Assembly (NCBI GenBank): GCA_977017575.1
Contig: CDRNVI010000002.1
Coordinates: forward strand, 62,001 to 126,000
From: Paramoeba atlantica
Taxonomy: Eukaryota; Protista; Discosea
Reading direction: 5' to 3'
DNA: 64,000 nucleotides
A program made the position numbers and the translations under genes. The notes beneath the pieces are model-generated. The model worked only from the letters and a program-made list of their open reading frames with translations. It had not been told where the DNA came from and did no database searches. Shown piece after piece: positions 11,101 through 21,850 of the stretch. Numbering within the stretch: position 1 is the stretch's first letter; the number at the start of each line of letters is the position of its first letter.

Positions 11101-14100
11101 ATTGATGGGGAAGGAATTTTTTAGATCTACAGCTTCAGATAGTGAAACAGCACAGAAACGATCACCTGCGGGCACAAGCAATGCAAAACTTCGTATTGTT
11201 ACACTGCTAGTAGCGAAATAGCTCTTAGTGCCTTTCTTCGAACTTTCCATATCGTCAAACTTTGAGCCAAAACCAACAGTGTTGTAGACAGCGCTGCTTT
11301 GAAGTTTCTTTTTCGCAACTTCCGTCTGATCTGTTATCTCCTTCTCTACGGAATGCCATTCTTCCTTGTATTCCTTGGCGATTTCAATGATTCTCGAGAC
11401 CGCGCCAAGTCTCATCATTATGTCTAGATTGGGACAATCGTATTCCATAAGAGAAGCAGCGTAGTTGTGTTCTCTAGACGACGCGGAAGTCTTTAAACGG
11501 GACGCATGAAGCTCTTCACGCGTTGTTGTACTGTCATCTTCATCGAGTTTCGTGTTTTTAGAAGGTGGATTATAATTTCGCACACAAAGACAAGTATACA
11601 CGTACGCCCATGTAAAACGAACGTCGGAAAGGGTTGACCTTGAAACAGGTACATTCGTCTCTGAAAACACCGTTTTCTCAGAACGTGTTGACAACGGATG
11701 ACTACTTTGGCTTGCTAGCTCATGAGAGAGATAGTCTTTTACGAACAATTCGATCTTAGGTAAGTTGATTTGCCATCGAAGACCATCGGAACGCCCATGT
11801 GAGAGCATATTCACCCGTATTTCCGAAACACTACAGGTTGCCTTACATATTTGGGATAGTACCGATAAATGTACCCCCATTAAGTGTATGACAGCAGTAC
11901 CGTTGTATGATGAAATTACCTCCGTTGATAATGTTGCCTCTGTCAGTTCATAAGTTCTCTTAGACGACACAAACTCAACCAAATCAGTTACAGTCTTACG
12001 ATAGAAGCCTAGGCAGCTTGCAAACAGGTCTCGTGATATCTCCGCTTCCAACCTTTGTACAAGCACAAACATCTTTGGTGCACTTGAGAGATATTGCTGT
12101 ACTTTGAACAGGTGAACCGTTGGTAGTAACACAGTACGATCCATTGAGCTTAAACGGGGGTCTGTGATGTGCAACTGAAAATGACGGCCGTGTGATATAC
12201 TCTGATACATGCTTATCCTTGAAACGTTGCAATTTATCACTAAATCGGGAAGAATTGTTGCACGGAATCCAAGTTTCGGAAGATCTAAAGTCCATATGCT
12301 CACTTTAGTTTCCGTTCTATTGGCTTGTAATCTTGAGTCATTATGTTTTCTCGAAGTTGCGTCGCTCCAAATTCTAATGAAGTCTTGCATTTGAGGAACA
12401 GCGGTATCCATTGTATTTAGTCTGTGTGGTAGGTCAAGATACATAGATTTCCATGAACAGTGCACAGACTGATTAGGATAAAACTCACTGTTTGCAACAA
12501 AACCTCTGATATTGCAACTCAATACTACGGATTCCGATCCTTCTAAATTTTTAAGTTTTTCAAGCAACCCCAGTGAAGCCATGTACTCTATTTTCATTTC
12601 AGTCACATCGATTAGAAATTCTTTTGTAAATTCGCCGAAGTGTGGAGCACCGAGAATAGGATTAGAAGCGTAGCAGAAATTCAAGACGGGTGAAGTCAAT
12701 CGGACATAATTCCTTTGTGCCTGACGCACATCGACGGTGGCGTTGGAAACCCGAATTTGGATGTGCAACGTTGCGTTGGAGATTGTATTGGATTCATTGA
12801 TATTGGTTTTTGAGGGAGAGTCCGGAAAATTCAGTTCATGTGCGAAAGAGGGTAAGAGTGCCCCTTCCAAGCTCGATACGATAAGCACGCAAGCCATTCT
12901 CCCTCTCTGAATCTCTCTCGATATACAACCTTTCAAGGATGATACGATGCAATGCGAAGGAATATCATCCCCCGACTCTAGCAATGAGAAACGGTGCGAA
13001 TAGGAAAATCGTCCTAGATGCAGTTTCATTTCAAAATCAATTTCTCTGTCCTCACTATAGGAAATTGCTTTGTCACCATTATTTGATTTCCTTAACTCAT
13101 CCGCGCCTCTAGAACCCGATTTCCCCCATTTCTTAAATTCAAGTGGTAGGAGTGACAACGAAGACGTGAAGTTTAACCAAGACCCATACAAAGCCTCAAA
13201 AGAACCCTTCGATGACTGTACGTCTACTTCGGCTATATGAATCCAAAATGGGAAACGGTCGGAGAATAATTCAGAATCTCGCTCCTTGTATTGCTTCGCG
13301 CGAAAAGAAGCCGGAGTAATGGATGCACGAAAAAGAATGTTTCGTCGATCAAAAGATATATTTGCTGAGTCTGCCGAACAGACATTCCTTAAAGCATGTA
13401 CGTACCTCGCCAAAAAAAGTATATTTTCTGATCTAACGCTTAATGTTTTTTGCTGGGGAAGTGATGTATACTGAGATTTTGCAGGATTTTCCTCGCAGAA
13501 TAATGCGTGAATAGAATTCATTTGAAATTCCAGGTTTATCCAAGTTGAATCTGGCCCTATATGATGCTTAGCAGATGTATGCGGTAAAATAAGACGGCAT
13601 CTAATTTCCGGTACCGTGATGCTAAGAAGACGAATATAGTTATAAAGCCAATTCATCCTTTTTTTCACGCTGAATGCCTTTCCCGTTACGTCTGATTGGT
13701 TGACACCAGATTGATCTGAAGTAGAGGAACAACCAGCCCTTGTCTTTTCTTTTGCGAAATATTGAGCCACCAAGAGAAGCGCTTGTACTAAAACTGTTGG
13801 AAGAAACGAAAAATCAACTCTTTCCGTAAAATGAATATGCCAATGATAAGTTGAAGTTTTCTTCCGACTTCTTCTTTCGTTGTCCACAGTGATGAGTCGC
13901 GGAAACACTGATCTACCCTGACTTAATCCTCTCTCATTTTCCGTCTCTGGTACATATGAAGGTACCAAGAATTTTTTGAAGGTGGTGTGTGGCACAGGGG
14001 AAAGGCTGCCCAAAAACATGCTTTGCTTTGGAAGTGTGGCAGCGTAACGAAGAGCATTGAAAGATGAGGTTCCGACACGTTTCTCGAAAATTGGAAAATT

Positions 14101-17100
14101 AGCGACGTAGAATTCGTCGTTCTGTTGAGGTATCTCTTTAGAAGTGTGATAATGCTGAGAGTCGTTTCTTTCGCATACATTATCAGTAGGGAACACTCTT
14201 CGTAACGAAATGCTGCTTTCGAAAGCTGAAGAATGGAAACGAAGATCCTGAGCGAACGTTTTTAAATCTTTTGGGCTTAATGACTCACTTAAAGGTACTT
14301 GATCGAAGTAAAAACCATTCATATCATTCGTATGTAAGCGACTGGTTGCAATAAAAGAACGCTGTTTCAAATACTGGTCGCGAACGAAACCTTCACCAGC
14401 CCCGTAGCAAGTCGTCCTTCGCAGGAAAAAAGATATTCGTGCGCACCAGGCCTCCACGTATTGATCATTCGATAAACTGAAATCTGCATGCCTATGAGAA
14501 GTAGCAAACATATGCTGTGACACCAAAGGGGCATCTATAGTCCACCTATGATTTGCATTCCCGTCATGAAGACTTGATGACGTATAATGAATTCCTTTCG
14601 GAAATTTACAAACGTAGTGCACGGATTCGTCATTGACATAGTATAATTCGACATTAGATCTTCGAATTTGAACGTGCACAGCCCGGTGACACATTCTACA
14701 AGCTTCATTCGCGGCTTCAGATTTCTTGGAATACCACTCGAGAAATGAGGAAATAGTACCTAAATCATCGACACCATATGCGTCTGAGTCTTTTAGTGTA
14801 ACATCAGGAAATTTATTCGGAACCAAAGGTTTTCTTCTAGACAAGACAGGACTATCAAACTGTGATTCTGCGGAAGGCTGTGAATAAAATGCCATAGTGT
14901 CAGATTCGTAGTCAAAAGAATAGTAGAGCTCAGAAACGCGCATCAGGTCATGTACTACTTGCAAGCTCATATTACACTCTAAGTCGTCAATGCTCAAATC
15001 GCTACGTGAATGATAAGTCAAGGCAAGAGGAAATGGTCCCTTGTAGGCTGAAAAAGAAAGAGATAATCCACTGAGAACTATACAGTCACTAATACGTTGC
15101 TGCTCTTGAGATTGTGCAACGCTAATAATAACGGGAGAAAGCGTTACTGTATGCTCAGCCAATCCATTCGTCGTCTGCATTGTGTACGATGCTAACATTA
15201 CACGGAGCTGTATATATCCAGGGGTTTCGGTAGATTCGGCGAAACGCAATAAACTTTCTTTAAAATTGAGCGTCAACTGGAACTCTAGATCATTATTCCG
15301 TATTTCATTGCGAACCATAAAGCAGCGCAATTGTGACTTGATATTTTTTCCAGATTCTCGATGAAGAAAGAACTTGCAAGTAGATGATGTCAAAAAAGAA
15401 CTTTCCTCACCTATATAATTGTTAAAGACATGCACAAGAAGTCGAACGTAGCGCGGTTCCAGCGTAGCCTCCAAAGTGTCGAAATAAAGCTGTATACGGC
15501 ACATATTGCTTCTTGCAGACGGTCCCGAAGTGGAATTCGTAGATTGAGATTCGTGCCTTTCAAGGAGGTGCAAGCGACTCAATGAAAATACGGAATAACC
15601 AACCTCAATCTGCAGTGTGTCTAGCGAACAAAAAACGCATCCTATACTTGCATCCTCTGGAATCATTGCGCGTACTTGGATTCCATGTAAACCAACATTC
15701 CACATACTTTGTTGTTCATTTTCTTGAAAAATACAATAATATTCAGACGGCAAACGTAAACGTATGTCAGCGCATCCGATGAGAACCATCAAATAAGCAT
15801 TTGAACTTGCGCAGCAATGATCAACAGAGCGTAGAACATTGTGCTCATTCGCGATCAGATAAACCTTAATTTCTTCGACGAATATTTCAAGATTCGTGAC
15901 GCTAGGCACAAATTCAGAAAAATGATATCGTTCATTCCAGTAATGTTCCTGAAAATTTTCTGCGAAATGGATTGAGCGTCCGTATAGCAAGTCTGCGATT
16001 AAATCATGAAAAAAATAGACAAAGTCTTGCTCATACCATGCTTCAGCGTGCCTAGCTTCGATGATAAGATTACGAAGGTGTTTTGTGTCGTGACGATTCG
16101 CAATCAAAGAATCAAAATGAAGAAGAAAGTGAGGACAACGAAGTAAGAGACTGTCATTCATAGAAGTAATGATGTGCACATTATGCAATTCGACGTAAAA
16201 CTCGGATAACTCTTGCAAAGTTTTAGGATTCAGAAGAAGCGGATGTTGTACTAAAAAATGAGATCCCTTGTCAAAGCGGAGACTTACAAGACCGTTGCGC
16301 CCAGAATCCTCTATGCCGTATGGTAACTGGGGAGTGATATTCCTATGTTTAAAATGAAGTTCGACGAGGGTCTCTCGTACAAAATCAACAGATAATTCGA
16401 ATGTTCCGCTAGGTTGTACCTTACAGGATTCAGGTTGGTATATTGAACGAGGTAGATAGTCATCCGGAAAAAGATGTTTCACCAAAGCCTTGCGACAAAC
16501 TTCAGAAAGCGTGCTGAGGGTAACTTTCCGAGCATCAATTTCAAGTTCTAATCCCTTCTTCGGAAGTTGCTCTACCGAACCAACTTTCGAAATGCTGCTA
16601 TTCATTCCACATTCATCCCAGTAATATACAACGTGAAGAGAAGAGCATGTGTTATTTTCAAGAATCGTATGGAATGCACCTGTCGACCGCTTGGAATCGT
16701 ACCGAAGCACTTCTCCTTTGTCTCCTGAAAGCATGAGTTGCGCAGCTCCAAAAAGACTGTTGCGAGGGTCTCTAAATTGCTTCTTAACATTTTCCTGAGG
16801 AATACCTCCAGAAGCCTCCTCCTGAGACACTCCTTGATCACATGGTACCCACTGCAATCCTGTATGTCTTAATGTAAGATCAAGAACACTACGGTATTTG
16901 CTTGACAAGCATGGACTTCGGACATGGAAAAACATGCCAATGCTATGTGAAAATGAAAGATGAAGAAAGTACGGTACTCCAGGCGTGCAGCAACCTGCGG
17001 AAATAGTGCCAGTACGGATATCAAAGCTCACATAGTGAAGAAATTTCATGAACCTTTCGAAAAAAGAAAGTGGTCTGTGCTCGTGCGATCCGCTAGCTGA

Positions 17101-17766
17101 AATCGGAAGATCAGAGCTACATGAATGATCGGGTACCTTTATAGCTATTTCTGGATCCTTTGCTTTAATTAATTCGGCAAGAGTCTTGTATTTGGACGTC
17201 GAATTATACCAAACCAAGCTGAAACCATTCATATGGAGACGCAGTCGGCCGATGTTTTCTTTTACGAGTAGATTGCGCTTCTGTACGCGGAAGGTTTCAA
17301 TCTTGCCTTCGTGTTGCACTTTAATTTTAGATTCTACGGAAACTTTTATATCTTCCGTCAGACAACCTTCCACATTGCTACCCTTAGTGTTTTGGAATCG
17401 GATTCTCTGTCCCCGCTTAAGCAATTCCTGATCTCGGACTTTACGATAATGTTGACCCCCAGAATTGCCCCAAAACGCGACGCTAAAGTACGTATCAACT
17501 ATCCGCAGACTGAGATCAGAATTAACATAACGAACGTCTTTTAGTAATATTCGACATCGCAGTGGTGCTACGGTAATAGAACCAATGCGTAGGTATTCGT
17601 CACGCGAGCACACGAAACGATTTAAAAACTTTTCTAATGTGAACGCTGCAAACGATGCGGTGTACAACGTATAAAATGTAAGCGAAAGAAAGATGAACGC
17701 GCAGGCGAATATGTAATTTAGAGAACCGTCGGTAAGCCAGTTGGAATCTTCTAATCCCATGGGCAT
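8170..17766 (-). CDS. BLTP1: Bridge-like lipid transfer protein BLTP1 (KIAA1109/Tweek/Csf1 family), 3198 aa, intronless
   Basis: N-terminal TM helix, then LRIGSITVAPLRCRILLKDVRY.....LRIVD.Y.....W and GFSLVWYN (Csf1_N pattern). Long beta-rich body. C-terminal VLGWLGV....IPRLL...LMD (FSA_C-like). Confidence 0.8.
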   Translation of the reverse strand: MPMGLEDSNWLTDGSLNYIFACAFIFLSLTFYTLYTASFAAFTLEKFLNRFVCSRDEYLRIGSITVAPLRCRILLKDVRYVNSDLSLRIVDTYFSVAFWGNSGGQHYRKVRDQELLKRGQRIRFQNTKGSNVEGCLTEDIKVSVESKIKVQHEGKIETFRVQKRNLLVKENIGRLRLHMNGFSLVWYNSTSKYKTLAELIKAKDPEIAIKVPDHSCSSDLPISASGSHEHRPLSFFERFMKFLHYVSFDIRTGTISAGCCTPGVPYFLHLSFSHSIGMFFHVRSPCLSSKYRSVLDLTLRHTGLQWVPCDQGVSQEEASGGIPQENVKKQFRDPRNSLFGAAQLMLSGDKGEVLRYDSKRSTGAFHTILENNTCSSLHVVYYWDECGMNSSISKVGSVEQLPKKGLELEIDARKVTLSTLSEVCRKALVKHLFPDDYLPRSIYQPESCKVQPSGTFELSVDFVRETLVELHFKHRNITPQLPYGIEDSGRNGLVSLRFDKGSHFLVQHPLLLNPKTLQELSEFYVELHNVHIITSMNDSLLLRCPHFLLHFDSLIANRHDTKHLRNLIIEARHAEAWYEQDFVYFFHDLIADLLYGRSIHFAENFQEHYWNERYHFSEFVPSVTNLEIFVEEIKVYLIANEHNVLRSVDHCCASSNAYLMVLIGCADIRLRLPSEYYCIFQENEQQSMWNVGLHGIQVRAMIPEDASIGCVFCSLDTLQIEVGYSVFSLSRLHLLERHESQSTNSTSGPSARSNMCRIQLYFDTLEATLEPRYVRLLVHVFNNYIGEESSFLTSSTCKFFLHRESGKNIKSQLRCFMVRNEIRNNDLEFQLTLNFKESLLRFAESTETPGYIQLRVMLASYTMQTTNGLAEHTVTLSPVIISVAQSQEQQRISDCIVLSGLSLSFSAYKGPFPLALTYHSRSDLSIDDLECNMSLQVVHDLMRVSELYYSFDYESDTMAFYSQPSAESQFDSPVLSRRKPLVPNKFPDVTLKDSDAYGVDDLGTISSFLEWYSKKSEAANEACRMCHRAVHVQIRRSNVELYYVNDESVHYVCKFPKGIHYTSSSLHDGNANHRWTIDAPLVSQHMFATSHRHADFSLSNDQYVEAWCARISFFLRRTTCYGAGEGFVRDQYLKQRSFIATSRLHTNDMNGFYFDQVPLSESLSPKDLKTFAQDLRFHSSAFESSISLRRVFPTDNVCERNDSQHYHTSKEIPQQNDEFYVANFPIFEKRVGTSSFNALRYAATLPKQSMFLGSLSPVPHTTFKKFLVPSYVPETENERGLSQGRSVFPRLITVDNERRSRKKTSTYHWHIHFTERVDFSFLPTVLVQALLLVAQYFAKEKTRAGCSSTSDQSGVNQSDVTGKAFSVKKRMNWLYNYIRLLSITVPEIRCRLILPHTSAKHHIGPDSTWINLEFQMNSIHALFCEENPAKSQYTSLPQQKTLSVRSENILFLARYVHALRNVCSADSANISFDRRNILFRASITPASFRAKQYKERDSELFSDRFPFWIHIAEVDVQSSKGSFEALYGSWLNFTSSLSLLPLEFKKWGKSGSRGADELRKSNNGDKAISYSEDREIDFEMKLHLGRFSYSHRFSLLESGDDIPSHCIVSSLKGCISREIQRGRMACVLIVSSLEGALLPSFAHELNFPDSPSKTNINESNTISNATLHIQIRVSNATVDVRQAQRNYVRLTSPVLNFCYASNPILGAPHFGEFTKEFLIDVTEMKIEYMASLGLLEKLKNLEGSESVVLSCNIRGFVANSEFYPNQSVHCSWKSMYLDLPHRLNTMDTAVPQMQDFIRIWSDATSRKHNDSRLQANRTETKVSIWTLDLPKLGFRATILPDLVINCNVSRISMYQSISHGRHFQLHITDPRLSSMDRTVLLPTVHLFKVQQYLSSAPKMFVLVQRLEAEISRDLFASCLGFYRKTVTDLVEFVSSKRTYELTEATLSTEVISSYNGTAVIHLMGVHLSVLSQICKATCSVSEIRVNMLSHGRSDGLRWQINLPKIELFVKDYLSHELASQSSHPLSTRSEKTVFSETNVPVSRSTLSDVRFTWAYVYTCLCVRNYNPPSKNTKLDEDDSTTTREELHASRLKTSASSREHNYAASLMEYDCPNLDIMMRLGAVSRIIEIAKEYKEEWHSVEKEITDQTEVAKKKLQSSAVYNTVGFGSKFDDMESSKKGTKSYFATSSVTIRSFALLVPAGDRFCAVSLSEAVDLKNSFPINTALESMVIVQEQCIPLYAIKVYWDALELQIQIDQSQKDPLRIIRAEGVVETLTLYVHQGVRPENKSSWLNILKKQKIIGGSGYFESPTAAECRKTSNGICVPRSEVSLELCMSSKEVSADVQMLIDGPLATIDPMIILCMKDVCSILGALPDEEKARSNTKKILQSLNFLLEMEGGSLRLATGVSRHHSEADWSTRFPDTEKNAYQPFIDISMTNRIYRPNQAQEMASLVTLPLPKICALSNYTCTYSSNAAIDSFGKLHVEFFPENMEISPNVMYFFEQYDTFSRDWSKAMEKRIQSLINIQKITEKEDMIPIPTAFLKTRIARILNVNKESNVALSPSDSNLQTKKSSIWQASFRSVPFRVSLIGPSLSSLTSSLNFFIEEDGYINAFIAKHNSLSRKATHVTLLLQKVRVEVQARMEIKFLEISVPIFVVEASPRTNSLRISFGAMEHGTKKPEIICRCTHISQWYTFIKVWIAKKQEAITLSSSQQITELPTVNNTEHIKVNPPRKQFYKFITLVGQLETAKIHVDLSPMNKYDLTVSRLVGSMSQTCLPESGTSLLTIFEIQSSDFSSKCEGLLTGSLTTQQGIGARYTKHYPDGHQELPSFQTYLTVPQVRFTLRERHVRDLFSADITGAGFRFYDENIRGSTCHHHVFVDAMTDRTHLSVSPDIEQALVRLAVEVRKSMSSEKRKAYQKLEGYTHNTSTKNALSAEQTIALQNIPHMLCRSFLPIGQLKFSLRDVVLTLGELSQGYDSAALLWTSRGLTAQYAQCVDKNISRKILELTIHSWDIFRKSQDRKVSSIIGASGQNQFEMSTSQITGSPDVRFIFKFLSHEPWHGSPHVVDFEVINRTVRSFTQRQKWNNIESSGESGSIFRELEDIRSFHASVETHFVPEIRVVGDATFHIRTVLGWLGVNEDAIPRLLYIHLMDKMEHVLAIAYQHSCPVDVLKTEMTNIAKHIRVFTDESRIPTDNGRV

Positions 17767-18369
17767 TCAAAATTCTGCAAATACGTGTGTGCAAAAAAGA
17801 TTCAGCTCCACATAAGACGAATAGTTTCTGAACAGAATTCGACGGAGACCATTGTTACCATAAAAAGCAAGAAATAATTCTCTAGAATTTAAAATTTGAA
17901 TAAACGAAGACGAAAACACAAATCAATTTCATGTATACAACTGTGAACAGTGTAGCTGTTAACTAATGCAAGGCCCTTTCACATAAGGATGTACTTTGAC
18001 GTGAGTCTATGATGTTTTTTAATCTTCGATTACAATCGATTAACCATCGATTACATGAGAAAGAAAAAAGTAGTAAGCGCAGCAAGAAGATTCTATAACA
18101 TACATACATGCAACAAAAACCAATATTCGATCCATAAAAAAAGTACTTTGCGCAAAAGAGTCCAGTGATTCAAAAAACAAGACTTGAATAATTTTCTAAA
18201 AATCTCCTTTCTGGAAATGAACTATGCAGTGCCAAGTATCAAAAACACGGTCGTAGCAAGAAATGATATGAGGAATCGTGGCCCTGTACCAACAAAGAAA
18301 AAACAAACTCGCTCAAGACAAATGATCGACTTTAAACTAGATAATTTAATTTAAAGAATAGATTCGAAA

Positions 18370-19227
18370 TCAGACAGCTGAAAAATTTAGTTGCTTAATT
18401 TCAACCACAGATTTTCCACAACCTGTGCAAGTTAGAACCTGAAGAGACTCATAAGCGTCTGCAATATTGTTTTGTATATTTTCCTCGTTATGATCTATAA
18501 AGAGAATCTCTTTCCTTTTCGCTGCAATTTTCTCACGTAATGAATTTCTAATACCTGTAAGCTCCTCATATTGCGCATTTTCAAAGCCATCGCGGTCAAA
18601 GGATGCCTCTTGTTCAACAAAAAGTTTCTTTTCAAGTTCCGAAAAAGTCAAAAAAGGGGAAGCTTGGTCCTCTGACAAAGGTTTCTGTAGATTTTTATCC
18701 AATGATACACCAGAGCTGATGTCATTTGAGTAGAATTCCGCTGAAAGGCTCAATTGAGACTCTATCATTTTAAGTTCATGCATCTTTCTTTGCAGTTCTT
18801 CTTTGTATTTGTCTGGTCGATAATCCTGTAGCATTTTTAGCATCGTAGTCTGAGTTTCCAAACCTGTCCGAATGCAAACGTCTTTTTGGACGCTATTTGA
18901 TACCTCCAGCTGCAATGATTTTTTTTCAAAATCCTTCTTTGGAAGTAGTACTAGAGATACGCTATTTCGAAGTTCATTGCAAGATTCTCGGCATTTTACT
19001 GCAAAGCTCTCAGACGGACAGCTCTCTAAATCAAGTTCATTGATACTGGCAAATAGAGCGCGCTTTCTTGCTGATAAAGTTTCTATCTGAGCTCTTAATT
19101 TGGAGTTCTCGTCCGTAAGTAAATTAAGACGACATGTCTCCCTCCTTAGCTTTTCTTGAGCCTCAGCCATAGAGACTTCGAATTCTCGGAGAACGGTGCA
19201 AGTATCTTCGTCAGCTTGTGCATGCAT
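18370..19227 (-). CDS. Hypothetical coiled-coil protein with C-terminal CxxC
   Basis: 285-aa ORF co-oriented with the array; heptad-rich; ends LTCTGCGK. Confidence 0.6.
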   Translation of the reverse strand: MHAQADEDTCTVLREFEVSMAEAQEKLRRETCRLNLLTDENSKLRAQIETLSARKRALFASINELDLESCPSESFAVKCRESCNELRNSVSLVLLPKKDFEKKSLQLEVSNSVQKDVCIRTGLETQTTMLKMLQDYRPDKYKEELQRKMHELKMIESQLSLSAEFYSNDISSGVSLDKNLQKPLSEDQASPFLTFSELEKKLFVEQEASFDRDGFENAQYEELTGIRNSLREKIAAKRKEILFIDHNEENIQNNIADAYESLQVLTCTGCGKSVVEIKQLNFSAV

Positions 19228-19399
19228 AGTCCTCTAGATAGTAAAAGATAATACTTTCTAAACTATTTTATTAAAAAGCATTTTGTTTGCAAGAATATCC
19301 GATAGTTTAATGTACAACATGTAGAGAAAGCGTGTAAATATGGCAAAATATGCTATATTTATCTAGCATGCCATAAGTATCTAGTAAAGGATCTAAAGG

Positions 19400-20356
19400 C
19401 TATTTACTTTTTCCATCAATTGTTTCGTAACACGACAAGGACTGTTGTTCCAATGAGCTTCGAACCTGATTTTGCAATCTAGCGACACATAGCGATTGAT
19501 CCGTTGGTTGCTGCATATAAATGTTTTTCTTGTGGCAAGGCATTGCTACATCCTTCATGATTTTGTAAGATTTTATGGGATCACAAAAAAATACGTCAAT
19601 TATGCCACTCTGAAGAAAAACGCTTCCTCTAGGCATAACTCGGTTGGCATTGTATATGTAAACCGGAACAACCGGAACATTTGGACACGAAAGCGCTAGA
19701 TGGAAAGGGCCCTTCTTAAAGTCACCAAGTTGACCCGTGCTACTCCTTGTGCCCTCCGGAGCGATTGCGATACATTTTTTCCGAGCGTTAAGTTCACCTC
19801 CGATCTGACGCAACGTTTCAATTGCGTGAGCTCTGTCTTTTCTCGAAATTGGAATGTGTCCATAAAGATGGAGCATCCACCCAATAAGTGGAATATATCC
19901 AAGTTCTCTTTTAAAGACGAAATATGCGTTTCCACGTAGCGCGCATAGTATTACTACAGCGTCGATATAAGAGGTATGGTTATACATGTACAACTTTGAT
20001 CCCTGCACTCCAACTGAAGAATGTCGTCGAACTTTAATTCCAGCAATAGAGAGCAGAAGCACAGTAAATAAGTGAGTAATAAGCACACTCGGCATGTATG
20101 CATCTGATAGTCCAATGCTACGCAGTACAGGGTTGAAAACAAATAGTGGAGAAATCATAACCATAGTGACTAGAATAACCACGCCGAAAAATACAAGGAA
20201 CAAGAGACGTAAGATATCGGCGATTGACATCACAAGGCGCGGAACCACAGCGGCGATTCGATCATACATATCATGCACTCCTTCTGATAAAATATGAGGA
20301 GAAAAAAGAAAATGTGTACACCGATACTGATAAAATGTTTGTACACCGCGTATCAT
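19400..20356 (-). CDS. 1-acyl-sn-glycerol-3-phosphate acyltransferase (PlsC/LPAAT)
   Basis: Motifs NHTSYID, FVFKREL, GHIPISR and APEGTRS. Probable ATG at 20269. Confidence 0.92.
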   Translation of the reverse strand: MIRGVQTFYQYRCTHFLFSPHILSEGVHDMYDRIAAVVPRLVMSIADILRLLFLVFFGVVILVTMVMISPLFVFNPVLRSIGLSDAYMPSVLITHLFTVLLLSIAGIKVRRHSSVGVQGSKLYMYNHTSYIDAVVILCALRGNAYFVFKRELGYIPLIGWMLHLYGHIPISRKDRAHAIETLRQIGGELNARKKCIAIAPEGTRSSTGQLGDFKKGPFHLALSCPNVPVVPVYIYNANRVMPRGSVFLQSGIIDVFFCDPIKSYKIMKDVAMPCHKKNIYMQQPTDQSLCVARLQNQVRSSLEQQSLSCYETIDGKSK

Positions 20357-20518
20357 ACTGCCTTACTGTTTTGATGCTTGTACGTAAAAAAATTCTAACA
20401 TAGTGTTTCATATAAAAAAGAGTGCCTCAGCAAGGCCCTACTTCAAGTGACTTGGGCCTTCTTTTTTATGAAGCATTTCTTGCATTGTTTTGTAATGCCT
20501 TTTTTATAAACCATATGA

Positions 20519-21310
20519 TTAGAAAGGTCGATACATTCGTTGACGTACGTGCTCTTTCCATTCTGTCTGTCGTTCAATGCGATCCTGGGAACGAATTTCT
20601 TGTTTTACTCTGTACCTTTCTCTTTTTTTTAATTTTCGTTTATTTTCAACGTTGATTCTTCTAGCCTCCAGCTCTTCACCAGTAAGCATGCTCCTTAATG
20701 TTTTAGGCACTTCCAGATTGCGATTAACAACGCTTTCAATGGAGACTTTTTGTGTTGTTCCTTTAATGGCGTCCGGAAGTATTTTATTTTCGTTACCTTT
20801 ATCAGGAAACACAACCCAAACATATTTGCCGTCGTCTACTACGTTGTCTATGACAGCTGGAATGTATTTCCCATTGGCAGATTCTTCCTTTGATGTATGG
20901 CCTCGTGAAAGAGCATAATATACTTGGCATGACTCGTTTGGTTGCCATTTTGGCACTTCAAACCTACGAATTTTTTCAATAGGAAGAGATGCTGAAAGGA
21001 GAAATCCGCGAAGCTCGATGGACCACATCTCGCTTGGTGGTATAGGCAAATCTTTTATAAGGGCTGGATACCATCGGTGATTATCCCAAAGTACCTCACA
21101 CACATCTCCTCTGCACCATGAAGCTTTGGAATTCCTTCGCAACTTCAACTCAATTTGAGCCTCGGTGCGCTCAACAGCCATGTCAATCTCGATTTTAAGT
21201 GATTTTAATTCCGAGTTCTGAGCATCTAGAAGAATCATGTCCTGCGTTGCTTTTCGGCTCTCCAAAAGAGTGTTTAGAGCCGTCTGCAGATCCAACAGAG
21301 ATTCTTCCAT
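20519..21310 (-). CDS. SMNDC1: Survival motor neuron-related splicing factor 30 (SPF30, Tudor domain)
   Basis: N-terminal helices (LQTAL...NSELKSLKIEI), Tudor W..GD.CEVLWDNHRWYPALI, C-terminal KKRE...RQTEWKEH. ATG at 21310. Confidence 0.7.
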   Translation of the reverse strand: MEESLLDLQTALNTLLESRKATQDMILLDAQNSELKSLKIEIDMAVERTEAQIELKLRRNSKASWCRGDVCEVLWDNHRWYPALIKDLPIPPSEMWSIELRGFLLSASLPIEKIRRFEVPKWQPNESCQVYYALSRGHTSKEESANGKYIPAVIDNVVDDGKYVWVVFPDKGNENKILPDAIKGTTQKVSIESVVNRNLEVPKTLRSMLTGEELEARRINVENKRKLKKRERYRVKQEIRSQDRIERQTEWKEHVRQRMYRPF

Positions 21311-21454
21311 TTTCAGCCAGTGTAGTAAACACAATAAATTACAATAAATGACGAGACAAACGAAGTAAAGATATTGACATCCTATCTTACGAATTCAATT
21401 ATTGCACGAAAGTATCAAAAATCTAGCAAGAAAAAAAGAATGCTTCTCTCCTTA

Positions 21455-21698
21455 AACCCCCGTCCGGATTAATGTACCCCCCCCCGGTACAATAACTAGC
21501 TACAGGTACGATACGTAGCTACAGGTACAATAAAAATTCCGAAAAATAACGAAAATAGTGCAAAAAAAAAATGGCGCAGCTTCGCGGCGCCCTCTTTTAC
21601 GCAGGGGGGGGGGTACAATAAAGCCAAGCGTTCCCACTTATTGTACCCCCCCCCCGGTACAATAGCGAGCTACAGGTACATTAATCCGGAACGGGGTT
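21455..21698. mobile_element. MITE-2: 244-bp TA-flanked element with 24-bp TIRs
   Basis: aacccccgtccggattaatgtacc (21455-78) versus ggtacattaatccggaacggggtt (21675-98), 22/24 complementary; TA at 21453-54 and 21699-700. Internal agctacaggtac x3, gtaccccccc-ggtacaata x2, and palindrome ggcgcagcttcgcggcgcc (21573-91). Confidence 0.82.
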
Positions 21699-21850
21699 TA
21701 TAACCCCTACTCAAGTTAACCACGAGTGACAATGCTCAAAGAGTCAGAATGACCCAATGCCTTATTAAACTTAAGTTTATTTTTTTCAAACTTAAACAAT
21801 GCCTGATTAAACTTGTAAAACAATTACAATTAAAAAACAAGTCAATTAAA

